Source: Kiritimatiellia bacterium
Lineage (GTDB): Bacteria; Verrucomicrobiota; Kiritimatiellia; CAIQIC01; Lenti-01
Length of the DNA: 64,000 nucleotides
Assembly (NCBI GenBank): GCA_028681135.1
Contig: JAQUJC010000002.1
Coordinates: forward strand, 21,892 to 85,891
Direction: 5' to 3'
This document shows, in pieces, positions 1-9,065 of this stretch; position 1 is the stretch's first letter; each line of letters opens with the position of its first letter. A program made the translations under genes and the position numbers. The notes below the pieces were generated by a model, which was not told the DNA's origin, made no database searches, and saw only the letters and a list, made by a program, of their open reading frames with translations.

Positions 1-2
1 AT

Positions 3-1175
3 AACGCGACCACGGCGGTGGCCCCCGAGGTGGCGGCGGCGATGCAGCCCTTTTTTGGGCCGGCGTTTTACAATCCGAGTTCGATGTATGAGCCGGCGCT
101 GAGCGTGGCGGAGGCAATCACAACGGCGCGCCAAACGGTGGCGGCCTTCCTGGGGGCGGCGGAGCCCACGGAAGTGTTATTCACCTCGTGCGCGACGGAG
201 AGCAACAACGCGGCCATTTTTGGTGTGGCGTCGGCGACACCCTCGCGCAAGCACATTGTGACGAGCGCGGTGGAACATCCGTCGGTGCTGGAAGTATGCA
301 AAGAGATGCAACGGCGCGGGTATGAGGTAACGTTTTTGCCCGTGGACCGACAAGGGCAGATTGCCACCGCGGACTATGTGCGTGCGTTACGGCCGGACAC
401 TTTGCTGGTCACGCTGATGCATGCGAACAACGAAACGGGCGTGGTATGGCCGGTGGGGGATTGGGCACGGATTGCCAAAGAGACGGACCCGGGAATCGTG
501 TTTCATACGGATGCGACGCAGTCGGCAGGAAAGCTACCGCTGGATTTGACTGGGGCGTGGCCGCACGTGGATTTGCTGTCGCTTTCGGGCCACAAGATGC
601 ACGCACCGAAAGGGGTGGGCGTCTTGTACGTGCGGCGCGGGACGCCGTTGCGCCCCACCCTGCTGGGGGGCCATCAGGAGGGAGGGCGGCGCGGCGGAAC
701 GGAGAACGTCGCCTATATTGTGGGATTGGCGCGGGCGTGCGACCTGGCGGTGGAGCATGTGCCCGATATGGCGCGGATTGCGGCGCTACGCGACGGGCTC
801 CAGGACGAGTTGCGGCAGGTCATCCCGCATGTAGAAATCAATGGTGACGGTGTGGAGCGGACCCCCAACACGCTCAACATTTCCTGCCACTACATCGAGG
901 GCGAAGCGATGCTCTACGAGTTGAATGGGCGTGGCATTTGCGCCAGCACGGGCAGTGCGTGCTCGAGCGGCTCGCTGGAGCCCAGCCACGTGTTGAAGGC
1001 GTTGAGCGTCCCGTTTACGGCGATGCATGGGTCAATCCGGCTGAGTTTCAGCGCCTACACCACGGCGGCGGAGGTGCGGCGGATTGCCGAGGTCTTCCCG
1101 CGGGTGGTGGCGAATTTGCGGCGGATGTCGCCGTACTGGGACCAGAAGACCAATGGTCCGCGTGCGACCCTATGA
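3..1175 (+). CDS. cysteine desulfurase (NifS/IscS family), 5' end outside window
   Basis: The frame is open to the window edge. It has the PLP-lysine motif SGHKMHAPKGVG, GGHQEGGRRGGTEN, and the catalytic Cys loop STGSACSSGSLEPSHV. Confidence 0.9.
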   Translation, partial: NATTAVAPEVAAAMQPFFGPAFYNPSSMYEPALSVAEAITTARQTVAAFLGAAEPTEVLFTSCATESNNAAIFGVASATPSRKHIVTSAVEHPSVLEVCKEMQRRGYEVTFLPVDRQGQIATADYVRALRPDTLLVTLMHANNETGVVWPVGDWARIAKETDPGIVFHTDATQSAGKLPLDLTGAWPHVDLLSLSGHKMHAPKGVGVLYVRRGTPLRPTLLGGHQEGGRRGGTENVAYIVGLARACDLAVEHVPDMARIAALRDGLQDELRQVIPHVEINGDGVERTPNTLNISCHYIEGEAMLYELNGRGICASTGSACSSGSLEPSHVLKALSVPFTAMHGSIRLSFSAYTTAAEVRRIAEVFPRVVANLRRMSPYWDQKTNGPRATL

Positions 1176-1251
1176 GGAGTGGGCGGGTCAGGTGGCGCAT
1201 TGGGTGCAGACCTGATTGCCTCCCGGGACGCACCGGGAGGGGGGGGGGTGG

Positions 1252-1394
1252 TTTTCCACGCTATGGAAAACTTTTTTGGGAATTTTCCACGCTATGGAAA
1301 ACTTTTTCGGAAATTTTCCACGCTATGGAAAACTTTTTCGGAATTTTTCCACGCTATGGAAACTTTTTTCGGAATTTTTCCACGCTATGGAAAA
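1252..1394. repeat. family-A array 1: five direct copies of TTTTCCACGCTATGGAAAA at an exact 31-bp period
   Basis: TTCCA starts at 1254, 1285, 1316, 1347 and 1378. The spacers are near-identical (CTTTTTCGGAAA). Confidence 0.95.
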
Positions 1395-1471
1395 CGGGTA
1401 TCGCGGGGCTGTATCTGTTGGGGGCGGGGGTGGCGGAGGCCAGCGTGGCCCCCAGGCCCGAATTGGCGTCG

Positions 1472-2572
1472 ATGGAATTGGGAATATGGTGCGAGTTTAT
1501 GCCCTATGCGCAGGTGGCGGAGCATCTGCCGCTGTTGGCGGCGTATGACTGCGACTTACTTTTGCATGTGCGCGCGGAGAGTTTGCGGGACCCGGATTTT
1601 GCGCGGCTGTTGCGGGCGGCGGAGCAGACCGATGTCGCGGTGATGGCCTGGCTGCTGCTGCCGGTGGAGGAGCATCTGTATGTTGGCCAGGCCAGCGTGG
1701 AGGCGACCCGCGCGTTGGCGCATCGGGTGGCGGATTACATTGACGAGCACCAGCTACGGCTGCGGGGGTTTATCTTTGATTGCGAGCCGTCACCGCTGCT
1801 GGGCCGGGAGATGTTTACGGCGGTGCGGGCAAAGAGCCTGCGTCAGTTGGCACAGGTGCTTCAACGCGAGTTGGATGCGGAGGAATTTCACCGCGACACC
1901 GCGGCGCTTCATGACCTGACGCAGGAACTGCGCGAGCGCGGCTACCAGGTGAACGGGGCGGCGAACCGGGCCTTTTTGGATGCGCAATCGCGGGGGAATC
2001 TGGCGATGGAAGACGGGTTAAATGCGCCGGTCAGTGGAGTGGCCTGGGATGCGTTGTCGTTTATTACGTATCGCTATGGGGCCAGTCACTTTTCTTATAT
2101 AGCGATGCTGAACCGCTATGCAACGCTGGCGCGGGAGCTGTATGGCGCGCGCGCGGCCCTGGATGTGGGATTGCTGGGCGACTATGATCATATCCCGGAA
2201 AACGCGGAACGCGCCGAGCTGTTTGGCGGCGGGGATTTCTTTTACAATTTTTTGCGGGGGATGTCGAACAGCCATGACCTGGAAGAGGCCGTGGGGGTGG
2301 TGCTGGGCTGCGGGGTGCGGCAGATCAATCTTTACGCGCTGGACGGGGCGGTGGAGTCCGTGGCGGGGCTGGAGAATTGGTTGAAGGCGGCGCGAGGGGC
2401 GCGACCGCGAACGAGCTGGGGCCGCTGGACACCGGTGCGGTCGGTTCACTATGGAGCGTTGGGGGCGCTGACGGAGAAACTATTCCGGTGGTTCACCGGT
2501 GGATCGGAGGCAACGCATGGACAAATCGTGTTCAGAGAGCCGGCCGTTGGTGCTGGCGAGCGCCAGCCCTAG
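1472..2572 (+). CDS. hypothetical protein
   Basis: First in-frame ATG after the repeat array. The upstream part of ORF 938..2572 is just translated repeats (FPRYGKLF/FSTLWKTF). No motif recognised. Confidence 0.55.
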   Translation: MELGIWCEFMPYAQVAEHLPLLAAYDCDLLLHVRAESLRDPDFARLLRAAEQTDVAVMAWLLLPVEEHLYVGQASVEATRALAHRVADYIDEHQLRLRGFIFDCEPSPLLGREMFTAVRAKSLRQLAQVLQRELDAEEFHRDTAALHDLTQELRERGYQVNGAANRAFLDAQSRGNLAMEDGLNAPVSGVAWDALSFITYRYGASHFSYIAMLNRYATLARELYGARAALDVGLLGDYDHIPENAERAELFGGGDFFYNFLRGMSNSHDLEEAVGVVLGCGVRQINLYALDGAVESVAGLENWLKAARGARPRTSWGRWTPVRSVHYGALGALTEKLFRWFTGGSEATHGQIVFREPAVGAGERQP

Positions 2573-3149
2573 ACGGCGCGGGTATCTGCATCAATTGGGC
2601 TACATCTTTACGGTGGTGTCGCCCGACATGGACGAGACGCCGCGAGCCCACGAGTCGGCGCGCGAGTATGTGCTGCGCAATGCGCGGGACAAGGCGGCGG
2701 AGGTGGCCGCCCGGGTCTCGCCGGAAGCCGTAATTGTGGCGGCGGACACGGTTGTGGTGCGGGAGGGGCGTATCATGGAAAAGCCCGCTTCAGCGGACGG
2801 CGCGCGGCAGATGCTCGAGGCATTGAGCGGGCAGATGCACCAGGTCATCACGGGGGTTTGTGTGCGGGGCAAGGCCCGGAACGGGGCCGCGACAAGTCGG
2901 TGTTTTGCGGTCACGACGGATGTCGAATTCAAGGAGTTGAGCGCGGCCGAAATGGAGGCCTACATCGAGAGCGGCGAGCCCTTGGACAAGGCGGGGGCGT
3001 ATGCGATTCAGGGGCGGGCGGCCTACATGATTCGTCACATCCGCGGGTCCTACACAAATGTGGTGGGGTTGCCGCTGACGGAGTTGGAAGAAGTGCTCGC
3101 GAGTGAATTCGGTATCCACCCGACCTTTTGTGGTCCCGCGGGAGCGTGA
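2517..3149 (+). CDS. maf: Maf-like nucleoside triphosphate pyrophosphatase
   Basis: LVLASASPRRR N-terminal motif and KAGAYAIQG near the C-terminus. ATG 2517 is preferred over GTG 2499. Confidence 0.85.
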   Translation: MDKSCSESRPLVLASASPRRRGYLHQLGYIFTVVSPDMDETPRAHESAREYVLRNARDKAAEVAARVSPEAVIVAADTVVVREGRIMEKPASADGARQMLEALSGQMHQVITGVCVRGKARNGAATSRCFAVTTDVEFKELSAAEMEAYIESGEPLDKAGAYAIQGRAAYMIRHIRGSYTNVVGLPLTELEEVLASEFGIHPTFCGPAGA

Positions 3150-3225
3150 ATTCCGGGGGGGGGGGGTAGAAAGCTGTTGCTGGCTAGGGTGTTACCCTTT
3201 GGCTGGCAGTAAACTGCGCAAAAAA

Positions 3226-3312
3226 TGGTGCTCGGGGGGGGACTTGAACCCCCACGGGTTGCCCCACATGCCCCTCAAGCATGCGTGTCTGCCATTCCAC
3301 CACCCGAGCACC
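3226..3312 (-). tRNA. tRNA-Leu (anticodon GAG), 87 nt including encoded CCA
   Basis: The reverse complement is GGTGCTCGGGTGGTGGAATGGCAGACACGCATGCTTGAGGGGCATGTGGGGCAACCCGTGGGGGTTCAAGTCCCCCCCCGAGCACCA. It has a 7-bp acceptor stem, anticodon stem CATGC/GCATG with loop TTGAGGG, a long variable arm, and a GTTCAAGTC T-loop. Confidence 0.9.
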
Positions 3313-3401
3313 GGGAGGGGGGATGACCGTCGTGGTCAATGGGCGTGAAGATACGGGTTCGGTTCGGGAATCGCAAGCGTTTTCAGTTTGGCGCCGCCGA
3401 A

Positions 3402-4103
3402 TTAATTGGCGGGAGGAAGGTCCGGGGCCTCAGCGGGCGGCGGCGTTCGTTCAAGGGGCGAGCGAATGCTGTGGGCGCACTGGATAAGGGCTTCGGTGTG
3501 GAAGGCCGCGGGTTGGCCATCGAGGTGGAGCGAGAATTGCAGGGCGGCGGGGAGCGCGGGGGGCGTGGTGTCGGGGGGGGGCCACTCCACGTGCGCGGTG
3601 TCGTTGCTCATGGCGACCAGGGAGAGGGTGAAGGGGCCGCGAAAAAGCCGATTCGTGACCGGCGCATTGGTGAGCGGGCCGGAACAGGGGGCGGAAATGC
3701 GGCGCAGTTCGCGTTGGTGGTGGCCCAAGTTATGGACCTCGTAGGCGACGTGGTGGATATCGAATGCGTGCGGGTAGGGGGGGGGGGGCACGGGGCGCAG
3801 GGGCACAAAAAAGGCGAGGCGGACGACCGGTTCGCCGGGCGCGGTGGAGGTGGTGAGGGTGAGGGGGACCCTATCCTGAACGGGCGGGACAAAGGCGCAG
3901 GCGACCTCGCGGGAGAGGGTGCGCAGAGCGGCGCGGGCGCTGAATGGTCCCTGTTGGCGTTGGGTTTGGCTATGGCTGGTGATGAGTAGGCCGTGAATGA
4001 GCATGCCCAGAATGCCGGCGACCAGAGCGGACAAGGCGATGGCCAGCAGCAGTTCCACAAATGTAAAGCCATCGCGGTGGCGGATGGCAGCGGGTGGGCT
4101 CAA
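3402..4103 (-). CDS. prepilin-type N-terminal cleavage/methylation domain protein (pseudopilin-like)
   Basis: TTG start. The leader is followed by G|FTFVELLLAIALSALVAG, the type IV pilin/T2SS pseudopilin signature. Confidence 0.75.
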   Translation of the reverse strand: MSPPAAIRHRDGFTFVELLLAIALSALVAGILGMLIHGLLITSHSQTQRQQGPFSARAALRTLSREVACAFVPPVQDRVPLTLTTSTAPGEPVVRLAFFVPLRPVPPPPYPHAFDIHHVAYEVHNLGHHQRELRRISAPCSGPLTNAPVTNRLFRGPFTLSLVAMSNDTAHVEWPPPDTTPPALPAALQFSLHLDGQPAAFHTEALIQCAHSIRSPLERTPPPAEAPDLPPAN

Positions 4104-4131
4104 GCGATCTATCCGGGGGGAAGGGGAAAAA

Positions 4132-4629
4132 TTACCGAGTACTCATGAGGATGAAGAAGTAGAACACGAGGGAGACCAGGGCGACCAAGCCCGTGATAGC
4201 GAGGACAAAGTACCAGGTGCCGCGACGCTCCCGGGGGCGGGCACCAAAGGGCGAGATGCTGGCAAAATCCTGTGGGGCCGACATGGCACCATTTGCCATT
4301 TCGGCATTGGCATCGGTATAGCGGGCGCTGTCGGCAGACAGTTCTGGAGCATCGAAGAGAAACTCAATGGAGCCCAATTGGATCAAGTCCTTGTGATGGA
4401 GAGCGGATTCCTTGATATCGCGCGAATTGACGCGAGTGCCATTGGTGGAGTCCAAATCTTGAAGCACACACGAGTCCCCGCTATGAAGAATACGGCAATG
4501 GTGGCTGGAAATGGTGGGGTGGTCCAGAAGGATCCGGTTATCCGCTTTGCGGCCAACCGTAATTTCGCCTTGCTCGATGGGGAATTCGCGCCCCTTAAAA
4601 TCGCCGGACATGCCGCTAAGTTTGGCCAT
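4132..4629 (-). CDS. FHA domain protein with C-terminal transmembrane anchor
   Basis: ATG at 4629 (MAKLSG). The FHA core is GRKADNRILLDHPTISSHHCRI...DLDSTNGTRVN. The C-terminus WYFVLAITGLVALVSLVFYFFIL is hydrophobic. The longer ORF to 5361 has no support. Confidence 0.75.
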   Translation of the reverse strand: MAKLSGMSGDFKGREFPIEQGEITVGRKADNRILLDHPTISSHHCRILHSGDSCVLQDLDSTNGTRVNSRDIKESALHHKDLIQLGSIEFLFDAPELSADSARYTDANAEMANGAMSAPQDFASISPFGARPRERRGTWYFVLAITGLVALVSLVFYFFILMSTR

Positions 4630-4959
4630 GGAAGACTCTCCCTTGTACTCTGGATCGGTTGCTCGATATTGGAGAGCCACATCATGCCGAGAAACCGTCA
4701 GGATGGCAATCCCAAAGCGCAAGGGAAAATGCAGGTGGAATTGCAGGAGAGAATAAGCGGTGGCGTTTTGGGACCGCCAAGCACTGCGACCGGCGGTGCA
4801 AAAAACCGGGTCCAAGATAAAAAAACGGGTAAAAAATAAGCGAATTAGCGGTTGACGGATCAGGTGGGTTCGGGCATTATCCTGGACATGGTAAACCACG
4901 GTCGGCACCAGATAGCGTCCAACGCCGATTTGTCGCCTTCGGGCAAGGAGAGACAGAAG

Positions 4960-5553
4960 ATGAAAAAGATTCTCGTATATATGTTGGCAGGATTGATGAT
5001 GGCCACCACGGTGGCTATGGCACAAGGGCGGGGAAAAGCGGGGTCTGAACAGACGCAGGCGTCTCAGCCCGTGACCCATCCGCAACTGGCGGAGCTGCTG
5101 GTTCGGGCGCTGGGTCTGGTCCGGTATCTGCCCAACGCGTCCACGCCGCAGCAGATGTTCAGTGTCCTGATGCAAAATGGCATTGCCCCGCAGGACGGCT
5201 GGAAATTGGATGCAGTGGTGACCAAAGCTGATTTGTCGCGCGTGATTGTGCAGGCCTTGCGGGGTCAAGATAGCGTGGAGAACCCGAACGACCCGCAGGC
5301 GTGGATCAACGTATTGAAGGAAATGGGGATTTCGATTGATCGGCTGAGCGAAACGATCCAATCGGTGGAAGCGTTGCCGGAAAGCCTGGCTCAGGATATC
5401 ACCATGAGTTCAACCGACCCGCTAATTACGGGCACGACGTTTGCGCCCAGTACGGTGCAATACTCCGTGGACCTGAATTTGGTGGTGCGGGTACTCAGTG
5501 AAATGGAAATGGTCAGCGGAGAATTCCGCCCGATCTCGCCAACGCCACACTAA
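4960..5553 (+). CDS. secreted hypothetical protein
   Basis: AAGGAG-like site 8 nt upstream of the ATG. Signal peptide MKKILVYMLAGLMMATTVAMAQG. An SLH-like segment is possible but not secure. Confidence 0.55.
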   Translation: MKKILVYMLAGLMMATTVAMAQGRGKAGSEQTQASQPVTHPQLAELLVRALGLVRYLPNASTPQQMFSVLMQNGIAPQDGWKLDAVVTKADLSRVIVQALRGQDSVENPNDPQAWINVLKEMGISIDRLSETIQSVEALPESLAQDITMSSTDPLITGTTFAPSTVQYSVDLNLVVRVLSEMEMVSGEFRPISPTPH

Positions 5554-5600
5554 CGCGGCGGGCTGTGCAGACAAGTGTCAAATCATAAAGGAACAGAGAT

Positions 5601-6830
5601 ATGAAACAGATCCAAATTCTGGTCGTGGCGAGTATGCTGCTGGTACTGGCGGTTCCCGCGTGGGCGGCCTCTGCGACGTCGCCGATCCATGTCAACAACC
5701 GGTTGCGCATTGGCTGGGATGACAATGTGTACCAAGTGGACAGTTCTTCGACGACTGGCCTGTCCAAGCAGGACAGTTTTCGTATTATTGAAGAAGTCGA
5801 AGCCTTGGTGAGTCTAAATTTTGAGCGGACCTATCTGGGATTGCGCTACCGGCCATCATTGATTTGGTATTCGGATCGCGACGATTCGGACACGGAATTC
5901 TTGAATGATTTAGATTTGAACTTCATTCACAATTTCAGTCCAACGCTATCGCTGTCGTTGAGTGACACGCTACGGTCGAGTCAGTTGCCGGAGCTACAGG
6001 ATTCCGGCTATGTGGTGCGTCAGGATGACGACAACATCTACAATGCGGCGATTGCGACCTTGTCGTATACGCTGCGACCGGAAACGCGCATTGATCTGTC
6101 GGGTCGCTACATTATTCTGGAGTACACGGAAAGCGATTACCAGGATGCCTCGGGGGCTCAGGTGTCCCACGACAACGACAACTACTACAGTGTGGTCGGC
6201 GGGTTGACCCTTCGCCACCAGTTGGCCAGTTTGACAACGCTGATGGTGGATGGCCGCTATCAATCGTTGGTGTATGGGGATGCAGATGAGGCCAACAACC
6301 GCGATGCCGACAGTTTCTTCGGGGGGCTGGGCTTGGAGCAGACGTTCAGTCCGCAGATGATCGGGAATTTCCGAGCGGGCGTGGAGCACCGGGTGTATGA
6401 CAACGACCGATTTGACGACGAGACTCGGCCTTACGGGGAAGCGTCCTTGACGTTCATGCCCAGTCCTGCGACGCGTCTGACGGGATCGGCCTCGTACTCG
6501 CTTTATGAATCGGATGTGTCGAATTATCTCAGTCAGGAACGCCTGTATGCGGCGCTGAGTCTGGCGCATGATTTCACGGCCAAGTTGAGTTTTTACCTCA
6601 GCGGTGCCTATACCCTCAACGCCTATGAAGCGAAATACTCCTTGATCGATGGGGTGGAGGATGAAGATGAAAATACCTTCTTGGTTTCCATGCGTATGAG
6701 CTATCGCGTGAACCGCATCAACTGGCTGGAGGCGGGCTATCAGTTCGTGATGCTGGACAGCGATGTGCTCAATCGTGAAAGTTATGAGCGCAACCGGGTG
6801 GATGTGGGCTGGAAAATCCAACTCTTCTAG
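5601..6830 (+). CDS. outer-membrane beta-barrel protein associated with polysaccharide export locus
   Basis: Signal peptide ending AWA, alternating amphipathic strands throughout, and a C-terminal ...VGWKIQLF with terminal Phe. Confidence 0.65.
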   Translation: MKQIQILVVASMLLVLAVPAWAASATSPIHVNNRLRIGWDDNVYQVDSSSTTGLSKQDSFRIIEEVEALVSLNFERTYLGLRYRPSLIWYSDRDDSDTEFLNDLDLNFIHNFSPTLSLSLSDTLRSSQLPELQDSGYVVRQDDDNIYNAAIATLSYTLRPETRIDLSGRYIILEYTESDYQDASGAQVSHDNDNYYSVVGGLTLRHQLASLTTLMVDGRYQSLVYGDADEANNRDADSFFGGLGLEQTFSPQMIGNFRAGVEHRVYDNDRFDDETRPYGEASLTFMPSPATRLTGSASYSLYESDVSNYLSQERLYAALSLAHDFTAKLSFYLSGAYTLNAYEAKYSLIDGVEDEDENTFLVSMRMSYRVNRINWLEAGYQFVMLDSDVLNRESYERNRVDVGWKIQLF

Positions 6831-6842
6831 ACCCGTGTGTCT

Positions 6843-6880
6843 GAAAAGGCGACCGGCGACGGCCGCCTTTTCCTTGTTCC
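6843..6880 (+). terminator. possible intrinsic terminator after the OMP gene
   Basis: GAAAAGGCG (6843-6851) pairs with CGCCTTTTC (6864-6872), with an inner CCG/CGG extension. The downstream T-tract is weak. Confidence 0.4.
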
Positions 6881-6941
6881 CAATGTGTGGCAGATTGGGC
6901 GGGGCCCACTGAGCCCCGTCATTATTGTAGGATAGGACTCC

Positions 6942-9062
6942 ATGGCAGAAGACAACCAGACCTCGGCGCTCCATTTTCTTGATTATTGGCGGGTCATTCG
7001 TGATCGCAAGGAGGTCATTCTGGCGGTGGCGTTGCTGACCATCGTGACGGGCACAGCGTACACGGTGATGATGCCCAAGAAATACACGGCGGTGACCCAA
7101 CTGGAGGTCCGCGAGGACGCGATGGACGTGGACCCGTTCTATGACCGGCAAGTGGCCCGGATGGGCTATAATCCGTTTTTCCTAATGACACAGGAAAAAA
7201 TCATGCGCTCGCGTCCGGTATTGATGGAAGTGATTCGGCGGCTGAATTTGCAGCGGGTGTGGGGGGCGGAACTCAACGAGGATAAATCGCCCATTACGCC
7301 CGATCTGGCATTGCAAATCCTCTCGCGCAGTTTACGAGTCGAGCAGGACCGCGACACGGTGCTGATGAATATTCGGGTCACGACCGAGAACGACAAGCGC
7401 TCGGCAGAGATCGCCAACGAGGTTGCCAATGTGTACCGCGATCGGCGGTTGAATGCCAAGCGGCGTGAAATTCAGCGGGCCATTGATGCCATCAGCAACG
7501 AAGTGCGCAAGCAACAAGAGCGGGTGGAGGAAGCGGAGGCCGAGCTGCAACGCATTCGCGAAGAACGGGGCATCTCGCTTATTGGACACATGGGGTCGGG
7601 CACGGGCATTCGGGTGGAAGCCACGCGCTTAAACATGCTGGAAAGTGAACGCAGTGCGGCACGGGTCGAGATGCTCGTGCGCAAGGCGCGACTGGAGCAG
7701 TTAGAGAATCTCAAAGGCACCGAATTGATGGAGGCGGCGGCCTACATTGTGCAGGATTCGACGTTGATGGCGATTCGGCAGCAGCTCATTGACAGCGAAG
7801 TCAGCCTGCAACTGATGCTCAATACCGGTGTTGTTGGTGAGAATCACCCCGACGTCTTGCGATTAAAGGGGGCGGTGGACGAATTGCATCGCCAGTTGCA
7901 TTCGGCGTTGGAAGGGTTGAAAGCGGGGTTGCGGGCCGACTACGAGGTGGCCCTGCAAAAATATAACGCGTTGGATGAAGAACTCCAGGCGATTAAAGAA
8001 ATAGACATCGAGTCGGAAGGCACAGACTATCTGCCCTTCTACCGTGCCGAGCGCAATGTCCAGGTGCAGCGGGATATTCTGACCGCGTTGCGGGCGCGCG
8101 TTACCCAGACGGGTATCGAGGTGGAAGTTCCGCGGACCACGGTGGATATTATCGAGGAAGCCGAGCCGCCCCAGCGGCCCTCCAGTCCGTTGGTGGTGTT
8201 GAACATTTTTCTCAGCGTGGTGCTGGGGTTGCTGGCGGGAGTGGGGCTGGCCTTCTTTGTGGAATACTTGGATGTGTCGATCAAGACCGTGGACGAGGTG
8301 GAGAAATACCTGGGGTTGCCGGTGCTGGCGGTGATACCCCAGCAGTCCCGGCCGCTGACGGAGGCCGGGCAGTCGAGTGGGCAGGGGGAAGCCTATCGCT
8401 CGCTGCGCACCAGTTTGGCGCTGTTGGCCCGAGAAGGGAATCAGAAGATTTTTGCCGTGCTCAGTGGTGGGGTAGGCGAAGGCAAATCCACAACGTTATT
8501 TAACCTGGCCTATGTGTGCGCCGAACAGGGCAGTAAGGTTCTGATTATCGACTCCGACTTGCGCCGTCCGGTGCAGCACAAGATGGTCGGGTTGCCCAAC
8601 CGGGTTGGGATGGTCAATGTGCTGACCGGGGAAATGAAGCCTGAAGATGTCGTTCAGGAAACCGGTGTGCCAAACTTGTGGATGATGACCAGCGGACGGC
8701 TTCGACGCGGATCGATGGGGATCATGAACAGCCCGCGCCTGCGCGCCGCGCTGGATGAGGTTAAAGATCAGTATGACTACATCTTGCTGGATTCACCGCC
8801 GATTCTGGGGGTGACCGATGCCGCAATCCTGGCGGGTGAAGTCGATGGCGTGTTGCTGGTGGTGCAATACCGCAAGTATCCCAAGATCATTTCGCTGCGC
8901 GCCAAGCGGATGATTGAAAATGCCGGTGGTCACCTGATGGGCTCGGTCCTGAACAACATCAACATCATGCGTGACGACTATTATTATTACTATCACTATA
9001 CAACCAAGAAGTATTATGGTAGCACGAAGCATGAACATGACGACGATGCAACGGAGGTGTGA
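6942..9062 (+). CDS. polysaccharide co-polymerase / tyrosine autokinase (Wzc/GumC-like)
   Basis: N-terminal chain-length-determinant region with a TM segment and long coiled coil. Walker A GVGEGKST, A' LIIDSDLRRP, B ILLDSPPILGVTDA. C-terminal Tyr cluster DDYYYYYHYTTKKYYGS. Confidence 0.85.
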   Translation: MAEDNQTSALHFLDYWRVIRDRKEVILAVALLTIVTGTAYTVMMPKKYTAVTQLEVREDAMDVDPFYDRQVARMGYNPFFLMTQEKIMRSRPVLMEVIRRLNLQRVWGAELNEDKSPITPDLALQILSRSLRVEQDRDTVLMNIRVTTENDKRSAEIANEVANVYRDRRLNAKRREIQRAIDAISNEVRKQQERVEEAEAELQRIREERGISLIGHMGSGTGIRVEATRLNMLESERSAARVEMLVRKARLEQLENLKGTELMEAAAYIVQDSTLMAIRQQLIDSEVSLQLMLNTGVVGENHPDVLRLKGAVDELHRQLHSALEGLKAGLRADYEVALQKYNALDEELQAIKEIDIESEGTDYLPFYRAERNVQVQRDILTALRARVTQTGIEVEVPRTTVDIIEEAEPPQRPSSPLVVLNIFLSVVLGLLAGVGLAFFVEYLDVSIKTVDEVEKYLGLPVLAVIPQQSRPLTEAGQSSGQGEAYRSLRTSLALLAREGNQKIFAVLSGGVGEGKSTTLFNLAYVCAEQGSKVLIIDSDLRRPVQHKMVGLPNRVGMVNVLTGEMKPEDVVQETGVPNLWMMTSGRLRRGSMGIMNSPRLRAALDEVKDQYDYILLDSPPILGVTDAAILAGEVDGVLLVVQYRKYPKIISLRAKRMIENAGGHLMGSVLNNINIMRDDYYYYYHYTTKKYYGSTKHEHDDDATEV

Positions 9063-9065
9063 GAC

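Noticed and set aside
1252-1394. The repeat/spacer pattern could be mistaken for a mini CRISPR array.
   Set aside because: The spacers are only 12 nt and nearly identical to each other. The repeat is 19 nt and is also found in three other loci. No cas genes are present.
938-1471. N-terminal 178 codons of the 544-aa ORF 938..2572, and the parallel ORFs 1179..1643 and 1216..1548.
   Set aside because: They overlap the nifS 3' end and then merely translate the 31-bp repeats in three frames (FPRYGKLF, FSTLWKTF, FHAMENFF). The real gene most likely starts at 1472.
3226-3312. tRNA-Leu as a possible integration site of a genomic island.
   Set aside because: There is no integrase, no direct repeat of the tRNA 3' end, and no compositional break in the flanks within view.
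3777-3788. 12-nt G homopolymer inside the pseudopilin gene as a phase-variation switch. Similar tracts lie at 40038-40048, 45649-45660, 3155-3166, 25685-25695 and 33570-33579.
   Set aside because: Equivalent 11-12-nt tracts encoding Pro runs occur in essential or housekeeping genes such as grpE. They therefore look like a genome-wide CCC-codon habit rather than a locus-specific switch. I cannot exclude slippage without population data.
5994-7151. 385-aa ORF antisense to the OMP and Wzc genes. Similar long antisense ORFs exist, e.g. 8793..9569, 10761..11666, 13365..14495, 26662..27498, 50658..51644 and 56956..58152.
   Set aside because: They are Arg/Gly/His-rich with no motifs, and lie opposite well-supported genes. 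This is the typical stop-codon-poor antisense frame of high-GC DNA.
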